A stretch of 64,000 nt of DNA from positions 59,644,001 through 59,708,000 of the forward strand of contig OX597827.1 of assembly GCA_951406725.2 (NCBI GenBank), written 5' to 3'. The DNA comes from Octopus vulgaris. Taxonomy: Eukaryota. The translations under genes and the position numbers were made by a program. Below are positions 26,245-41,814 of this stretch, piece after piece (within the stretch, counting starts at the first letter, position 1; every line of letters starts with the position of its first letter). Under the pieces are notes generated by a model. It saw only the letters and a program-made list of their open reading frames with translations, ran no database searches and was not told the origin of the DNA.

Positions 26245-26649
26245 GCTTTATTTTATTTTGTGTGTGACTTCACCTTGTCTTGTTTACAATATTTCATTTA
26301 TAACTGACATACAGTTAGCTATTTATTTCAATTTCGTTCATAATATATTATCTCTCAGTCACTCCACCCACCATCCACAATACCTCCACCACCACCACCT
26401 CAGCTATCATTCGCTATGTTGCATTTTTTTTTATCTATTTATTTATGTATTTATTTTTACATTCATTGTTCAACATTTGTTTTCTCTTGTTTTATTTTCT
26501 TCATCATTTGACCTCTCATTATTCTGAATCTAATACAAAAACAATTTCTCTTCTTTTTTACTTAGCATTTTTTCTTTTCCTTCTTCCCTTTTGCTTTCCT
26601 ATTGTTTTATACACACACACATATATGAATATGTATATCTGTATATCTC

Positions 26650-26730
<81 letters not shown>

Positions 26731-26859
26731 GCATGCATGTATGTATATATACTCACACATATAAATGTATATATATATGTGTGTATACTCACACATATAA
26801 ATATGTATATATATATATGCACATATTTATATACATATATGTATAATATATGCACATAT

Positions 26860-26892
<33 letters not shown>

Positions 26893-27002
26893 GATATATA
26901 CGTATCTTTATATATGCATATATATACACACATATATACATATACATATATATACATATATATATACATATATATATGTATGTATGTATGTATATATATG
27001 TA

Positions 27003-27067
<65 letters not shown>

Positions 27068-27664
27068 CTCTCTATATATATATAAAATTCTACGCTGCAG
27101 ACGAGTGAGATGTGATGCACGTCTGTGAATGTGTGGGAGGTTATTGGGTGACAATTTAAAATAAGACGTAAAGTAGAAAATAAAAAAGAAACAGAAAAAT
27201 GATGGAAAACAAAAAAAAAAAAAACATGAGATAAGTGTGATGTGATGGAAGTGGAATAAGAGAAGTAGTGTTAGAGAGGGAGAGAGTGTGGGGGAGGAAA
27301 GATGGAGATAGAGAGTGCCAGGAGTGGGGGAAATGAAATGAAACATAGAAACGGAAAGGTAAACGGTTGAGGGAGGAGGAGAAGAAGGGAAGAATGTGTG
27401 AGGGTAAGAAAAAGTGGGAGGGAAAGGCGCGTAAAAACAGAGAAAGGTGTATATATACATACATACATACATATATGTATGTGTGTGTGTGTGTGTATGT
27501 GAGTGTAAGTGTGTGTGCATGTGCATGTATATCGACTTCAGTACCTCTATCTCTCTCTCACTCTTTTTCTCTCTCTCTCTTTCCCTCTCTCTATATACAT
27601 GTATATACATACATATATAAAATGTATATATATATATATCTACACCACACCTAACACTACATAT

Positions 27665-27716
27665 AGAGGCAAGTGCCTGAGTGGATTTGGTAGATGGAAA
27701 CTGAAAGAAGTCCGTA

Positions 27717-27765
<49 letters not shown>

Positions 27766-27968
27766 GTATATATGTATATATGTGTGTCTGTGTTTGTCCC
27801 CCAAACACCATCACTTGATAGTCAATATTGGTGTATTTAGGTCTCTGTAGCTTATCTGTTCGGTAACAGAGACTGATAGAATAAGTACTAGTCTTACAAA
27901 GAATAAGTATTGGGGTAAATTTGTTCGACTAAAGGCTGCGATCAGGTGAGTGAAACAAGCAAAAGAAT
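27665..27968 (+). mobile_element. SINE family B, partial
   Basis: gagtggatttggtagatggaaactgaaagaag...gatagaataagtact...ttacaaagaataag. Confidence 0.8.
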
Positions 27969-27969
27969 A

Positions 27970-28037
<68 letters not shown>

Positions 28038-28073
28038 TACATATATATATATTATATGAACATACATGTACAC

Positions 28074-28139
<66 letters not shown>

Positions 28140-28670
28140 ATACATATATATATATACATTTGTGTGTGCGTGCGAATGTGTGTGTGTATGTGTGTGAGAG
28201 AGAGTGTGTGTGTAAATAGAACGATAGATAGGCGCAAGGTAGATTAGAACTCACATAGGTGTCTGAGAAAAAAGGAAGAATATGGAACCGATAAAAGAAT
28301 ATGGATAAAGAGAGAAACAGCCGTGTGCGCACGCGCGTGTATGCCTGTGTATGTATGAGTGTGTTTGTGAGAGAAAGGGATAAATAACTGAAAAGTGGAT
28401 GTGTGGGAAAAGAAGAAATTAATTATATTTTAAAGAAACTAAAAAGTTTCAAAATGGCTTCTTAAAATCGTCTGCCTTCTTCCATTTTTACTACATCACA
28501 ATTCTTTCAGTTATTCTCTCACTTTACTCATTCTTTTTTTCCTGTTCTATTTTCTATTCCTTTCATTCTTGCAGATACGTGTGTCTTTTCTCTTCCCTTA
28601 TGATTAGTAGGCCAAACCCCGGATTAGGGAAGAAAGGACCACCAGTAGGGGATTTTATTAGTGGTAGGGC

Positions 28671-28705
<35 letters not shown>

Positions 28706-30239
28706 GTGTGTGTTTGTGTGTTGTGTATGTGTGTGTGTGTGTGTGTGTATGTGTGTATATATATATATGTGTGTGTGTATATATATACACATGCATACAT
28801 ACATAGCTCACATATAAGTACAAACGCACATATACACACATATAAATATACATGTACGTACGGACGCACATGCATACGCATATATACCATATGTATATGA
28901 TTGTGAGTGTGTGTATGTATAACGTAAATAAATTAAAACCAGCAGTGGTGTGTTTAATAATTGCCCCGTTACAGTGACAGTTTATTTATTAAAAAAACCA
29001 TTTTCTTTTTTCTTTTCGTAATTATTACATCACTGTTGAAACATTTATGATTGTTTTGTGAAAAATTCCTCGATGGATTCTAGCCCCCAACCCTCACAAC
29101 ATCATACAAACACTTCCATCTAACCACAAAATACCATCTACCCACCAAACCATACCGACACTTCTATCCACCCACTAAACCTAATAGCGTAGATAGTGAG
29201 GTGGCAATGGTTCGGTCCTCCCCGAGCGACGCCTTTTTGGTGACTGCACTTCCAAGTCTGCTGTACAATCCTGTATAGGCTTGGAAGTGTGGGTAAGGTG
29301 TCGGAAAAGTCTAGGATACCCCGGGTAGTACATACTCTAGCTACGCCAGCTACCAAACCTTAGAGAAACATCTCTATTCACTTAGGAAACCATGAACACA
29401 TTGTCAGTCAGGGAAGGAGCCTGTTAGAGGGTCAAATTTAGGCTATCAAATTTCTTCGAATTATACACTAGCGGCGTGAATAAAGGAAGGACTTTCAGGT
29501 GGATGAAACCCTATTTAATCCTTTTTAAAAATAGGGGCTGACCTTCACAAGAATGACCTTGGTCAGACATTCACAAGAATGACCTTGGTCATATGTGTGC
29601 TAATGAGGTGGACCTTGGGCTAACAACATCAACAAGAAAGGAGTCACACACCGTATCGTATCAGTGACAGATCCTCTACGTGCCCCTCCAGGATTGTTTT
29701 AACTTTTACTTAGCAGGACTACTTACATATCGTGTGGATATACTTTTCCCTTACATCCCTGCACACAGACTTTGCTACATCCTCCAAACCTTCTTGTCTA
29801 TATTATTAATAAAGTGTTGTAAGGCGGCAAGCTGGCAGAATCGTTAGCACGCTGGACGAAATGCTTATTGGTATTTCGCTCGTCGCTACGTTCTGAATTC
29901 AAATTCCGCAAGGACAGGATATGAAGCACTCGCTTCGCGGCTGGTTATCTGTTAACTTACCTACTCGGCTATCATCCGACACTCGCAGAGAGGTCTATTG
30001 CTACTTTACGTTGTTTGTGATAAATAAGATGTTCTGTAATCATTCGAAGTAGATGGAATCAGTGAGAAAAACGTCTTGAAGATTTACGGAATATGGGAGG
30101 TGGTGAGCCAGATAGCAGCAAAACTGGCTACTTGATCTGTATTGGATGTGTTTCTGCTTGTTTGTGAGTGCGTGTGTTTGTGTGTACGTGTGTGTGATGC
30201 TTGAGTGAGTCTGTGTGTATTTGTGCCTCTGTGTATCTG

Positions 30240-30280
<41 letters not shown>

Positions 30281-30329
30281 TAGTAATACCAGCGATAATA
30301 ATTATTTTTATTTTATCGCAATTTGATTT

Positions 30330-30378
<49 letters not shown>

Positions 30379-30746
30379 GGTGTATGGTCAACGTGTATAC
30401 ATGTTTTTATGGATATACGTGTGAAAGAATGCATGCATTTGTATACGTGTTTGTAATGATACACACTCACACACACATACATACACACACACACACACGC
30501 ATACACACAAATCTGTTTTATTGTTTGACTTACAGATATCCACAACAACTGTTCTCTGTGTGCTATTTTCCGTTATTTATTACTCGCTGATAAACATTAC
30601 AGTATACATACACACATACATACATGTACAAATATACATACATATACATACACACATATACATATATACATACATATATATGTATATACACAGATATATA
30701 TATATGTGTGTATACATATATATATATATATGTGTATACATACATA

Positions 30747-30786
<40 letters not shown>

Positions 30787-30802
30787 ATACATATATATAT
30801 AC

Positions 30803-30834
<32 letters not shown>

Positions 30835-30848
30835 ATATGTTTTATATA

Positions 30849-30935
<87 letters not shown>

Positions 30936-31375
30936 CTAGATGTTTGTACGTATGTATATGTATATGGACAGGGAGAGAGAAAGATATGCAATTGTACAAC
31001 AGGTTACCAAAAAAAAAAAAAAGAATACAGCTTATGTAGTTAATCAGAAACGAGGTCAGGTGAGATCAAATATACAAGCATGCCGAAGTAGAACTCTTCT
31101 ACACCTCCAACTACCCACGAATACCTACTGAAACGGAAACCCGTGTCCACAGCTGTCCTTCGTCTCCAGGCAATCTGATTCTTTTTCTTAATGATAGAGA
31201 TGAGTCAGTCCTGAGCCATTGTTGATTCTGGAGATTATCTCCCCCTTTTCCTTTGGAATTTGTCCCAATCACTACCAAGCGATTGTTCTACCATCTCAGG
31301 AATCGAGAATGTATTTTCCAGGATATATAATACACCGTTCTTGTTTATCTTTAATACACACATACACAAACACGC

Positions 31376-31410
<35 letters not shown>

Positions 31411-31674
31411 CATTATATATATATATATATACATGTATGTATATATATACACACACACATATATATATACATACATATATGTACACATGTGTATGCACAT
31501 ATCTAAATGTCTGTATATCTATTTGTATTTATATGTAAATACACACACACACACACACACACATATATGTATTTATACAGAAAATTGTAGCATTCATATA
31601 TATATGTTTGTTTCTGTGTGTGTGTCTATATATACACATACATACATGCATACATACATACATACATACATACA

Positions 31675-31742
<68 letters not shown>

Positions 31743-32102
31743 GGTGCCCCAGCATGGCCACAGCTCAAGAGCCGAAACTGGAAAACAAAACAAACATAAA
31801 CATATATATACACACACACACATATATATTTCTTTACTTCATATTTTTATATGTACACACGAACACACACGTACAAGTATATCTATAAGACAGCCTCAAA
31901 AAGCTATAGTTCCACCGTGTCATTCAGTTCCGCATGTATTAAGAGTCAATACATTTAGGTCGTCGAAACAGTCAACTATTTTCGTGATTTACCCCATGTC
32001 AACAAATTTGATGTTGTATGTCACTCCACTTAACAAAGCTGTGTCACCACACACACACACAGAAGCATACACAAAAAACACACATACACACATATAGACA
32101 CA

Positions 32103-32159
<57 letters not shown>

Positions 32160-32335
32160 TTGTGTATGTATAAGTAAGTGTTTGTACTAAATGCTTTGAA
32201 TTTTGTCTCTTAAATCTCAGCAATTATCTTTAGAATTCGTGTTTTTGAAAGTGTTTAGTCACTACACTAACTAGGACAGACGTATACGCATGTGTGTCTG
32301 TATGTGTGTGAGAGATTTTGTGCATGTATATGCAC

Positions 32336-32370
<35 letters not shown>

Positions 32371-32512
32371 GAAACATATATGTACGTATATACAGATATG
32401 TTCATATATATATATATACGTACAGACACACACACACACATATATATGTATACATATAAGTACATATATATCCATATATGTATGAATCTATGTATGTACA
32501 TATGTATGCATG

Positions 32513-32559
<47 letters not shown>

Positions 32560-32572
<13 letters not shown>

Positions 32573-32830
32573 TACATATGTACATAAATATGTATAATTA
32601 TATATATATATACATATATATATATACATATATATATACATACATATATATATATATATATGCATACATATGTACATAAATATGTATAATTATATATATA
32701 TACATATATATATATACATACATATATATATATATATATATACATATGTACATATATATATATATATATACATATGTACATAAATATGTATAATTATATA
32801 TATATATACATATATATATATACATACATA
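32560..32830. repeat. Higher-order tandem repeat inside (TA)n; the unit catatgtacataaatatgtataatta occurs three times
   Basis: Units near 32575, 32667 and 32771. Confidence 0.8.
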
Positions 32831-32843
32831 TATATATATATAT

Positions 32844-32885
<42 letters not shown>

Positions 32886-32900
32886 ATATCTAGCTATATG

Positions 32901-32990
<90 letters not shown>

Positions 32991-33324
32991 TATGCACTGG
33001 CACGCAAATGCATAAATGTGTACGTATGTGAGCATGTGTGTTAGCGTGTGTGTGTGTGTGTGCGTGCATATGGACATGTGCATGTGTGTGAACGTGCGAG
33101 CGTACGACAACGTACTGACGTAACCTTAGATGGATTGTTAAAACCTCATGCGAGTAACATAAACCTAGATAACAAAGCAAGTTGGCAGGCATGCAAATTA
33201 ACTAACCACCTAATTAACAACTTACCCTAATTTTCAAACTTACGTACAGACATCTCAAACTAACACTCACAGACACACGCACGCACACACGCACATATTT
33301 TTTTTCAAACATTGATATTCAGGC

Positions 33325-33419
33325 AGACCAAAGCCTCAGGCAGACCAAAGCCTTGTGAGTGGATTTGGTAGACGGAAACTGAAAGAAGCCTGTCGTATAT
33401 ATGTATGTATATATGTATG

Positions 33420-33468
<49 letters not shown>

Positions 33469-33690
33469 TGTGTGTGTCTGTGTTTGTCCCCCTAGCATTG
33501 CTTGACAACCGATGCTGGTGTGTTTATGTCCCCGTTACTTAGCGGTTCGGCAAAAAGAGACCGATAGAATAAGTACTGGGCTTACAAAAGAATAAGTCCC
33601 GGAGTCGAGTTGCTCGATTAAAGGTGGTGCTCCAGCATGGCCGCAGTCAAATGACTGAAACAAGTAAAAGAGTAAAAAAAAAAGAGAGTA
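33325..33690 (+). mobile_element. SINE family B, 5'-truncated
   Basis: High similarity to 20660-20975. Confidence 0.9.
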
Positions 33691-33859
33691 ATACCTAGAT
33701 TCAGAGTTAAAGATATTTACATGTCCATACAAATGCATTCATTTGTATTTTATTTGACAATCATTCACGCCTGTAAACGCCTATACAGACATAGATATAC
33801 ATACATAGGCACACAGAAACACGTGAACAGTATAACATAGAATATATACATATAGCGTA

Positions 33860-34120
33860 ATGGCGGCGAGCTGGCAGAAACGTTAGCACGTCGGGCGAAA
33901 TGCGTGACCGTATTTCGTCTGCCGTTTACGTTGAGAGTTCAAATTCCGCCGAGGTCGACTTTGCCTTTCATCCTATCGGGGTCGATAAATAAAGTACCAG
34001 TTGCGCACTGGGGTCGATGTAATCGACTTAATACCTATGTCTGTCCTTGTTTGTCCCCTCTATGTTTAGCCCCTTGTGGGTAGTAAAGAAATAGGAATTT
34101 CGTCTTCCGCTACGTTCGGA
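33860..34120 (+). mobile_element. SINE family A, full length, young-looking
   Basis: ggcggcgagctggcagaaacgttagcacg...gccccttgtgggtagtaaagaaatagg. Confidence 0.9.
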
Positions 34121-34153
<33 letters not shown>

Positions 34154-34392
34154 ATCATGCATATATATATATATATGTATACCATCATGCATATATATAT
34201 ACCATCATGCATACACACACATAAATACATCTAGACATTTATTTACGTGTGTATGTATGTACGAATGTGTATCTATCTATAAGCGTCCGTATATCTATAT
34301 GTGTGAATGTGTGTAACCATCGTAAATGATCAATGAACAGCAAGCGTACCTAGTTACCCAACCCGTAACCCAAACGCTCTATCCCTTTCTCG

Positions 34393-34425
<33 letters not shown>

Positions 34426-34600
34426 GCAAACACATACACACACACAACACACACACACACACACACACACAGCTACACTAATCAAGGGAAATGAGTTCGG
34501 ACTAATTAATTACGGACTGACCAAGTGCAAGACAAAATGGGTCACGTTGACTGAAAAATTCGAACACTGACCTTCAGTTTCAACCACACACACACACACA

Positions 34601-34645
<45 letters not shown>

Positions 34646-34979
34646 CACACACATACACACGCTAACAGATATGTACGCACATATACGACATATACACTTG
34701 CTACAGTACTTTAAAGTGATTCACTTCTCCACCATCACCACCACCACCACCACCACCACCACAGCCAACATCATTAGCAGCAGCAGCAAGATGAGAATCG
34801 TTATCATCATCGTCATCATCATCATCCTCGTCGTCATCGCCGTCGTCTGAATGATAGTCAGCACCATTACTCCGTACACCAACAAAACTGGCCCTTCACC
34901 ACCACCACCACCGCCACCACCACCGCCACCGCCACCACTATGATTATCACTTTCATTATTATAGGCACCAACCCCCACC

Positions 34980-35058
<79 letters not shown>

Positions 35059-35546
35059 TAACACCAACAGTGCAGATCCTCCATAATCTGTTAATACTAC
35101 CACTACCACTTCGGTTAGAAGACGACGACGACGATCACTACCACCAGTATCACCAATACCACCACCAATACCATCACCACCACAACCACCACCACCGTCA
35201 TTACCACACCACTGTCGCATGAGCATCAACAACACCAAGATATGCAGTACCAAACCAAAAACGCCGCCTCCACCACAACCACCACGACAAGAATAAATAT
35301 ATCAATGAGTAAATAGATAAATGAATAATTAAATAAATAAACATTTACATAAAGACACCCGCCCACCCATCCACACACCTAGACACAAAATTGCGGCATC
35401 AACACTGACAGAAGCCACACCAAACACAACAACAACAACAAGAACATCAACATCAGCAATAATAATATCGAGAGTAACAGTACAAACAAACATTAAGACT
35501 AACAGAAACCATACTGGAACAAACACAACCAACAACAAAAAGAACT

Positions 35547-35609
<63 letters not shown>

Positions 35610-36367
35610 GTGCTGCTGTTGCTGCAGCTTTTACTATCACCCAAATTTCAGGCCTCGATGCCTATAGTAGAAAGGATTGTTATCATCGCCATCGTCACCC
35701 TTATGCTTGACATTTTCATAATCACCGTCACCACTGCCACCACCGCCACTTACCTCCACCATCATCACAATTATGGAATTAACGATGTTTAATCCCAATG
35801 AAACGGCTGTTGAAAGGGGCTAAATTATGATCCGTGTATCTGCTTTTAGTTTCGCCTATAGTATCACTGAGTTTAAAGCTAAGATATTTAACTCCCAAAT
35901 GGTGCAATTTACCTAGCGGCAAATAGTCTTTCGTTAGCCTGTAATGGCGAGTTAAACGTCTTTCTCTTTAGGGATGCATCTAGGCTAACCCAGCCCTTCA
36001 TATGCAGCATATGAAAGGGCTGTGATCAGAAGAGATGCCCTATAACCATAACATGTGGGAAGGATATTTGAGAGAGGGTTATATTCGGGCAAACCTGCTT
36101 GACATATGCTATATGTCAAAGGGAAGAATTGAGTCGACATGTAAGAGGTATGTACCCATGCACACTCTCCTAAAGTACACAACATGTGACAGCTGTCTAC
36201 TCAAAGTGCCTCGTTTACATGTAGCACATTTGGAAGAGTAAGTGAGTGGACAATTGTTTGGTAACCCCCCACTGTGACACTTGCTACATGTGACAGGAAA
36301 GAAGTTAGGTAGAGCTACCAGAAATTGGCAACATGTATGAGGCATGTAATCCGGCAGATCCGCCCTA

Positions 36368-36670
36368 GGAGGCACATGGCCAAGTGGTTAGAGCAGCGGA
36401 CTCGCGGTCGATGGATCGCGGGTTCGAATCTCAGACCGGACGATGTGTGTGTTTATGAGCGAAACACCTAAGCTCTACGCGGCTCCGGCAGAAGGTAATG
36501 GCGAACTTCTGTTGACTCTTACGCCACAACTTTCTCTCACTCTTTCCTCCTGCATCCTGCAGCTCTCCTGCGACGGACCGGCGTCCCGTCCAAGTGGGGA
36601 ACCTATACGCTAAGGAAACCGGGAAACCGGCCCTAATGAGCCAGGCGTGGCTCGAGAAGCAACAAACAAC
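36368..36670 (+). mobile_element. tRNA-derived SINE family C
   Basis: tggccaagtggttagagc (A-box), gggttcgaatc (B-box), cctgcgacggaccggcgtcccgtcca V-domain-like block, and an (AAC)-rich tail. A second copy lies at 61844-62150 (-). Confidence 0.88.
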
Positions 36671-37102
36671 AGATCCACCCTGCACAGACCCGACTACATG
36701 TACTTAAACAGTCCCGCTCTTAGTACGCCAACATGTGGAGAAAGGAATACACGAAGGCAGAATCATCATACGTAGGACTAACCTTGGATTAAACAATGAC
36801 AACAAGATGTAAAATACGTTGGATACTACAGTATATTTTCAATTAGTTTATATCGGATTCATTTGGTTCTCTGAAGTGACGTAGTATTGACACAAGTGCA
36901 CGAAACGAGCGGTTTGTTTGTTTGTGTTTTATCAAAAGCACGTAGAGAATGTAGATAAGTGTTTAGCTAATTAAATAGAAAACAAGAAACTAAAGGGAAA
37001 AATAGAGGAATAAGGAAGGAAACTAAACAAAAGAAATATGTAGAGCAGTCTGGCTTTCGTTAAACCCTCACGTGTGACTCCGAGTAACAGAATCTTATAT
37101 AA

Positions 37103-37141
<39 letters not shown>

Positions 37142-37155
37142 ATATATATATATAA

Positions 37156-37236
<81 letters not shown>

Positions 37237-37909
37237 CATACACACATAAATACACATGTATATAAATAAATATATATATGTATACATATATGTGTCTGTG
37301 TGAGTGTATGTGTACATATTTTATGTATGCATGTATATATACATATATACATATGTATGCGCATATGCACATATGTGTATATGTGTGTGTGAAAATAGTT
37401 GTACATGTATATATGTATGTATGTATGTATGTATGTAAGTATACAGATACAGTTACATGCACACACTCATATAAATACAATTTAATATCAAACAGAAGTT
37501 CAACACTTTTTAGAATACAAATTTTTTAAAGACAAATATGTTGAGAGTAACTTCGAAGTTTGTATTTATTAGTCGTCATCAGACTTTCTGAAAACGGTTT
37601 GTAAACCGAAACTTCAAGATCACAATTAAACCTTCTCTTGAAAAATACACACAGATGTACGTATATATTTATGCATGTGCGAATGCATACATAAAACACA
37701 TACGTGTATGAGCGTGAATCAAACAGGCTTCTACAAAGTTTCCGCTTTCGGAAATTCCCCTCTTTAGGCTTTAATTGCTTCCTTGGTGAAAAAAAAAAAG
37801 TTCAATCTATAATCACAATAGTTGCAAAGAGACCTAAGTCACGGCAATTTCTACACTTATATAGTCCGACAAACAAAAAGTAAAAAGCTAATAATTTTAA
37901 TTTCCACGT

Positions 37910-38310
37910 ATAGGCGCAGGAGTGGCTGTGCGGTAAGTAGTATGCTTACCAACCACATGTTTCCGGGTTCAGTCCCACTGCCTGGCACCTCGGGCAAGTG
38001 TTTTCTACTATAGCCTCGACCAAAACCTTGTGAGTGGATTTGGTAGACGGAAACTGAAAGAAGCCCGTCGTATATATGTATATATATATGTATATATATA
38101 TGTATGTATGTTTGAGCGTCTGTGTTTGTCCCCCCACCAACATCGCTTGACAACCGATGCTGGTGTGTTTACGTCGCCGTAACTTAGCGGTTCGATAGAA
38201 TAAGTACTAGACTTACCAAAGATACGTACTGGGGTCGATTTGCTCGACTAAAGGCGGTGCTCCAGCATGGCCACAGTCAAATGACTGAAACAAGTAAAAG
38301 AGTAAAGAGT
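37910..38310 (+). mobile_element. SINE family B, near full length
   Basis: Matches 20568-20975. Confidence 0.9.
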
Positions 38311-38488
38311 ATATTTTGTAGCTTGATCGTGAACCAGTGCCAACATTCAATATGGCCACAATACCAGTCCTCATCAAGGGCTAGGAAGGTACCATCATTC
38401 ACTAACTAGAAAACGCTCCTTATTTCGCTAACACGGCTTGAAGTTCAGTGATCTAATGAGTTACAGCATTCTAAATGCTATTATTATA

Positions 38489-38812
38489 AGGCGGCGAGCT
38501 GGCAGATACGTTAGCAAGCCGGGCGAAATGCGTAGCCGTATTTCGTCTGCCGTTACGTTCTGAGTTCAAATTCCGCCGAGGTCGACTTTGCCTTTCATCC
38601 TTTCGGGGTCGATAAATTAAGTACCAGTTACGCACTGGGGTCTATATAATCGACTTAATCTGTTTGTCTGTCCTTGTTTGTCTCCTCTGTGTTTAGCCCC
38701 TTGTGGGTAGTAAAGAAATAGGTATTTCGCCCGTCGCTACGTTCTGAATTCAAATTCCGCCGAGATCGACTTTGCCTTTCATCCTTTCGGGGTCGGTAAA
38801 TTAATTACCAGT
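38489..38812 (+). mobile_element. SINE family A with duplicated or nested internal segment
   Basis: A full copy followed by a second ttcaaattccgccgag...cctttcgggg block. Confidence 0.9.
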
Positions 38813-38948
38813 GATTTCTTGGATGTTATCATCCCTTTATGAGGTTAGTATATTCACTATTTAACTTTTATATATATGTGTGTGTGTCCCCCCATATGTG
38901 TATGTATACAAATATATATATGTATAAGAATCTGTCTTTCATTATATG

Positions 38949-38998
<50 letters not shown>

Positions 38999-39554
38999 GG
39001 ACATGCGGTGATCTTTCTGGCTGGGCAAGCAATGACCAGAACTTTCTGTCACATAAATATTTGAATCAACTTAACATGTTCATATTATACCGCTTTTGTA
39101 AAATTTTAAAAAATTGCATTTTATATGGGGGGGGGGTTGATGATTTATATATATATCAGGTATTGCGAATGGACAGAAACTTAATCTAAGTGTATAAGTA
39201 TTTATTAGCATCTAAAACTATTCCTTATCAGCTCTTACTCGAAAAAAGATGTCTTCGTGGCATCTTTATCGGAAAAAATGTTAAAATATTACACCGAAAA
39301 GGATGCAACATCTCGTGTTGCTTCCATTGCACAGAATTTTTTTTTTGTGTCGTCTGCCACTGCTTGTCGTCTCATGCTAATTCCGACAATAAAAATCTGA
39401 AGCCTGTGATGTCACGTAGTTTATTTTAATTTTACAGAACATTACAAGAACGATGTTATGAAACATAAGTAATATAGATTCAATTTTGTTTTTATAATTT
39501 TCAAGGGAAGCATTGTTTACTTTGCTTCCATGGACAGCACGCCTATGATATATG

Positions 39555-39623
<69 letters not shown>

Positions 39624-39689
39624 CATACATATACATACATATACATTTATTTTATATATATATATATATTTATACATACATATACATAC

Positions 39690-39738
<49 letters not shown>

Positions 39739-39759
39739 CATACATATACATACATATAC

Positions 39760-39800
<41 letters not shown>

Positions 39801-41749
39801 CATATACATACATATACATATTAGGGAGAAGTGCAAGACCTCATTCGTACTTTTGAATTTGTTAGTACTGCAGTTGAAGATGGTTTGTCTGAGATTACTC
39901 ATATCAGATGGGTATGTTCGATTTTTAGTGCTTTCAAATCCAAATTAAGAAATGTTGAGCTGACGAAGGAAATGTTGAGTTTCAAATTCAACTAATCCAG
40001 AAACGTAACGTTCTCAAATGATCTTTGTACGTGATATTTTGTTATTTTTCCCTCCATATCTACGTGAATTATTTTTGAGTAAACACTGTATGGAAGATTT
40101 TTCTTATAGTAGAAGAAATGGCTAAAAAAAACTTTTTGGCTGCTATTTCTAAAAGTTTCAGTGTGTGGTAAAGTAAATTATTTTACTGAGCCCTAATTAT
40201 ATAACGTAATATTTTAAATATACCTTGAATGGTCCTTTTACATACTGAACACTACTTGGTGAAATTAATTAATAATTAATTAATTTTACCCTTTTATTAT
40301 TGACATATATACATACATATACATTTAGATTCAATTGAATATGGTACTTAAGTTAAGGCACCAGAATTTAGTACGATATTATCCATACGATTTCAAAATA
40401 AGGTGATTAAAATCAAAATAAACAACAAGGATATCCAGAGGTAATGCAGTACGATCGTTTTACGCAACTCCATTTAATTGAACAATGCAAGCATTACATC
40501 AATTTAAATGCAGAGCAATCCTCAGTCATACAAAGACATAGAACTTAATTAAATTAAAACAGATGGACACATTATATATATACTTATATATATATGCCAT
40601 TATATATGTATATATATGGAAGAGTGTTATATATATATATGTGTGTGTATGTGTGTGTGTGAGTATGTGTGTGTGTGAGTATGTGTGTGTGCATGTGTAT
40701 GGGTTGGTGTATTCAACTGACCTGACGCTAAGCAACAGGAGCAACTTAGATAAATAAATACCTATCTACCCATCTTTCTATCTGGTCATCTAACTTTGTG
40801 TATGTTTCTTTTTTCTTTCCTCTTCTCTCCCATCTCTCTCTCTCTTTCTTTTTTTCTTTCTTGCTCTCTACTACTTTCGCCATAGTAAACACATACGCTG
40901 ACGCTAAGAGTTCTATAAACAAACTACGAACTATGTATATCTGAGAAAGACCATGTCAGTTTTGAAAGCCCATTTAATGAATACTAAAATGTATTCAGAC
41001 GTCACTATTCACACACACGAGCGAGCGCGCACAGACACACACATAAAACATATATAAACACAAGCAAATACACACTTATAACAGACACACACGCTCACAA
41101 ATACATACGTATATATATATAACAGTTAGGTAGTGGGTAGCGATTTTCTTCACTACTTTAGGAAGTGACAGTACCCGGTATGGGCCCCTATCCAGGGTTA
41201 CGGAAAGGAGACAACTATCAAAAAAATCCGGAGTGGAGCCCCGTAGGCGGTTTAGTGTTCGGCACTCTTCCGGCAGCTCCTGCAACCAAATTGGTACCAA
41301 ACGTAATGCTCTGCACTCCTTTGGACTACGTCAGCATATGCATATATATATGCATATATATATGTATATATATATGCGTATATATACTATATATACATTC
41401 ATTTACACACACACATATATAAATGCGCATATGTATAAATATATATATATATGTGTGTGTGTGGGGGGGTGTATATGTGTGTATGTGTGTGTGTATATAT
41501 ATATACATATGGACAATGTGCATACACACAGACACACGCACACACACACACGTACACGTACACAAACACACGCATACACATCGTTATCTCCTTGTGCGTG
41601 CATGCGTGCGTGCTTGCGTGCGTATGCATATCCGTCCGCGTGTGTGTATGTGGGTACAAATTTTAATGATAGCCATCTGAAAATTGCCCCCAAAACACTA
41701 ACACATACCACACACGCCGCTACTAACACTAAAATATTACGTCTATAAT

Positions 41750-41814
41750 CTCTACCCTACACCATAGGTCGATGGTCATATGATAGTAACACATGACCTA
41801 CGGTAGGGGCAGAG
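41750..41814 (-). ncRNA. 65-nt pre-miRNA-like hairpin (candidate only)
   Basis: Minus strand CUCUGCCCCUACCGUAGGUCAUGUGUUA-CUAUCAUA-UGACCAUCGACCUAUGGUGUAGGGUAGAG. About 26 pairs, including G-U pairs that form only on the Slit-sense strand. Confidence 0.35.

Noticed and set aside
29545-29592. Direct repeat ttcacaagaatgaccttggtca x2; other local duplications at 14.5-14.8, 34.15 and 52.6-52.8 kb
   Set aside because: Simple slippage or tandem duplications with no spacer structure; not CRISPR-like.
36368-36445. tRNA-like sequence
   Set aside because: It is the head of a SINE with a second copy at 62 kb, and there is no complete acceptor stem or oligo-T terminator.
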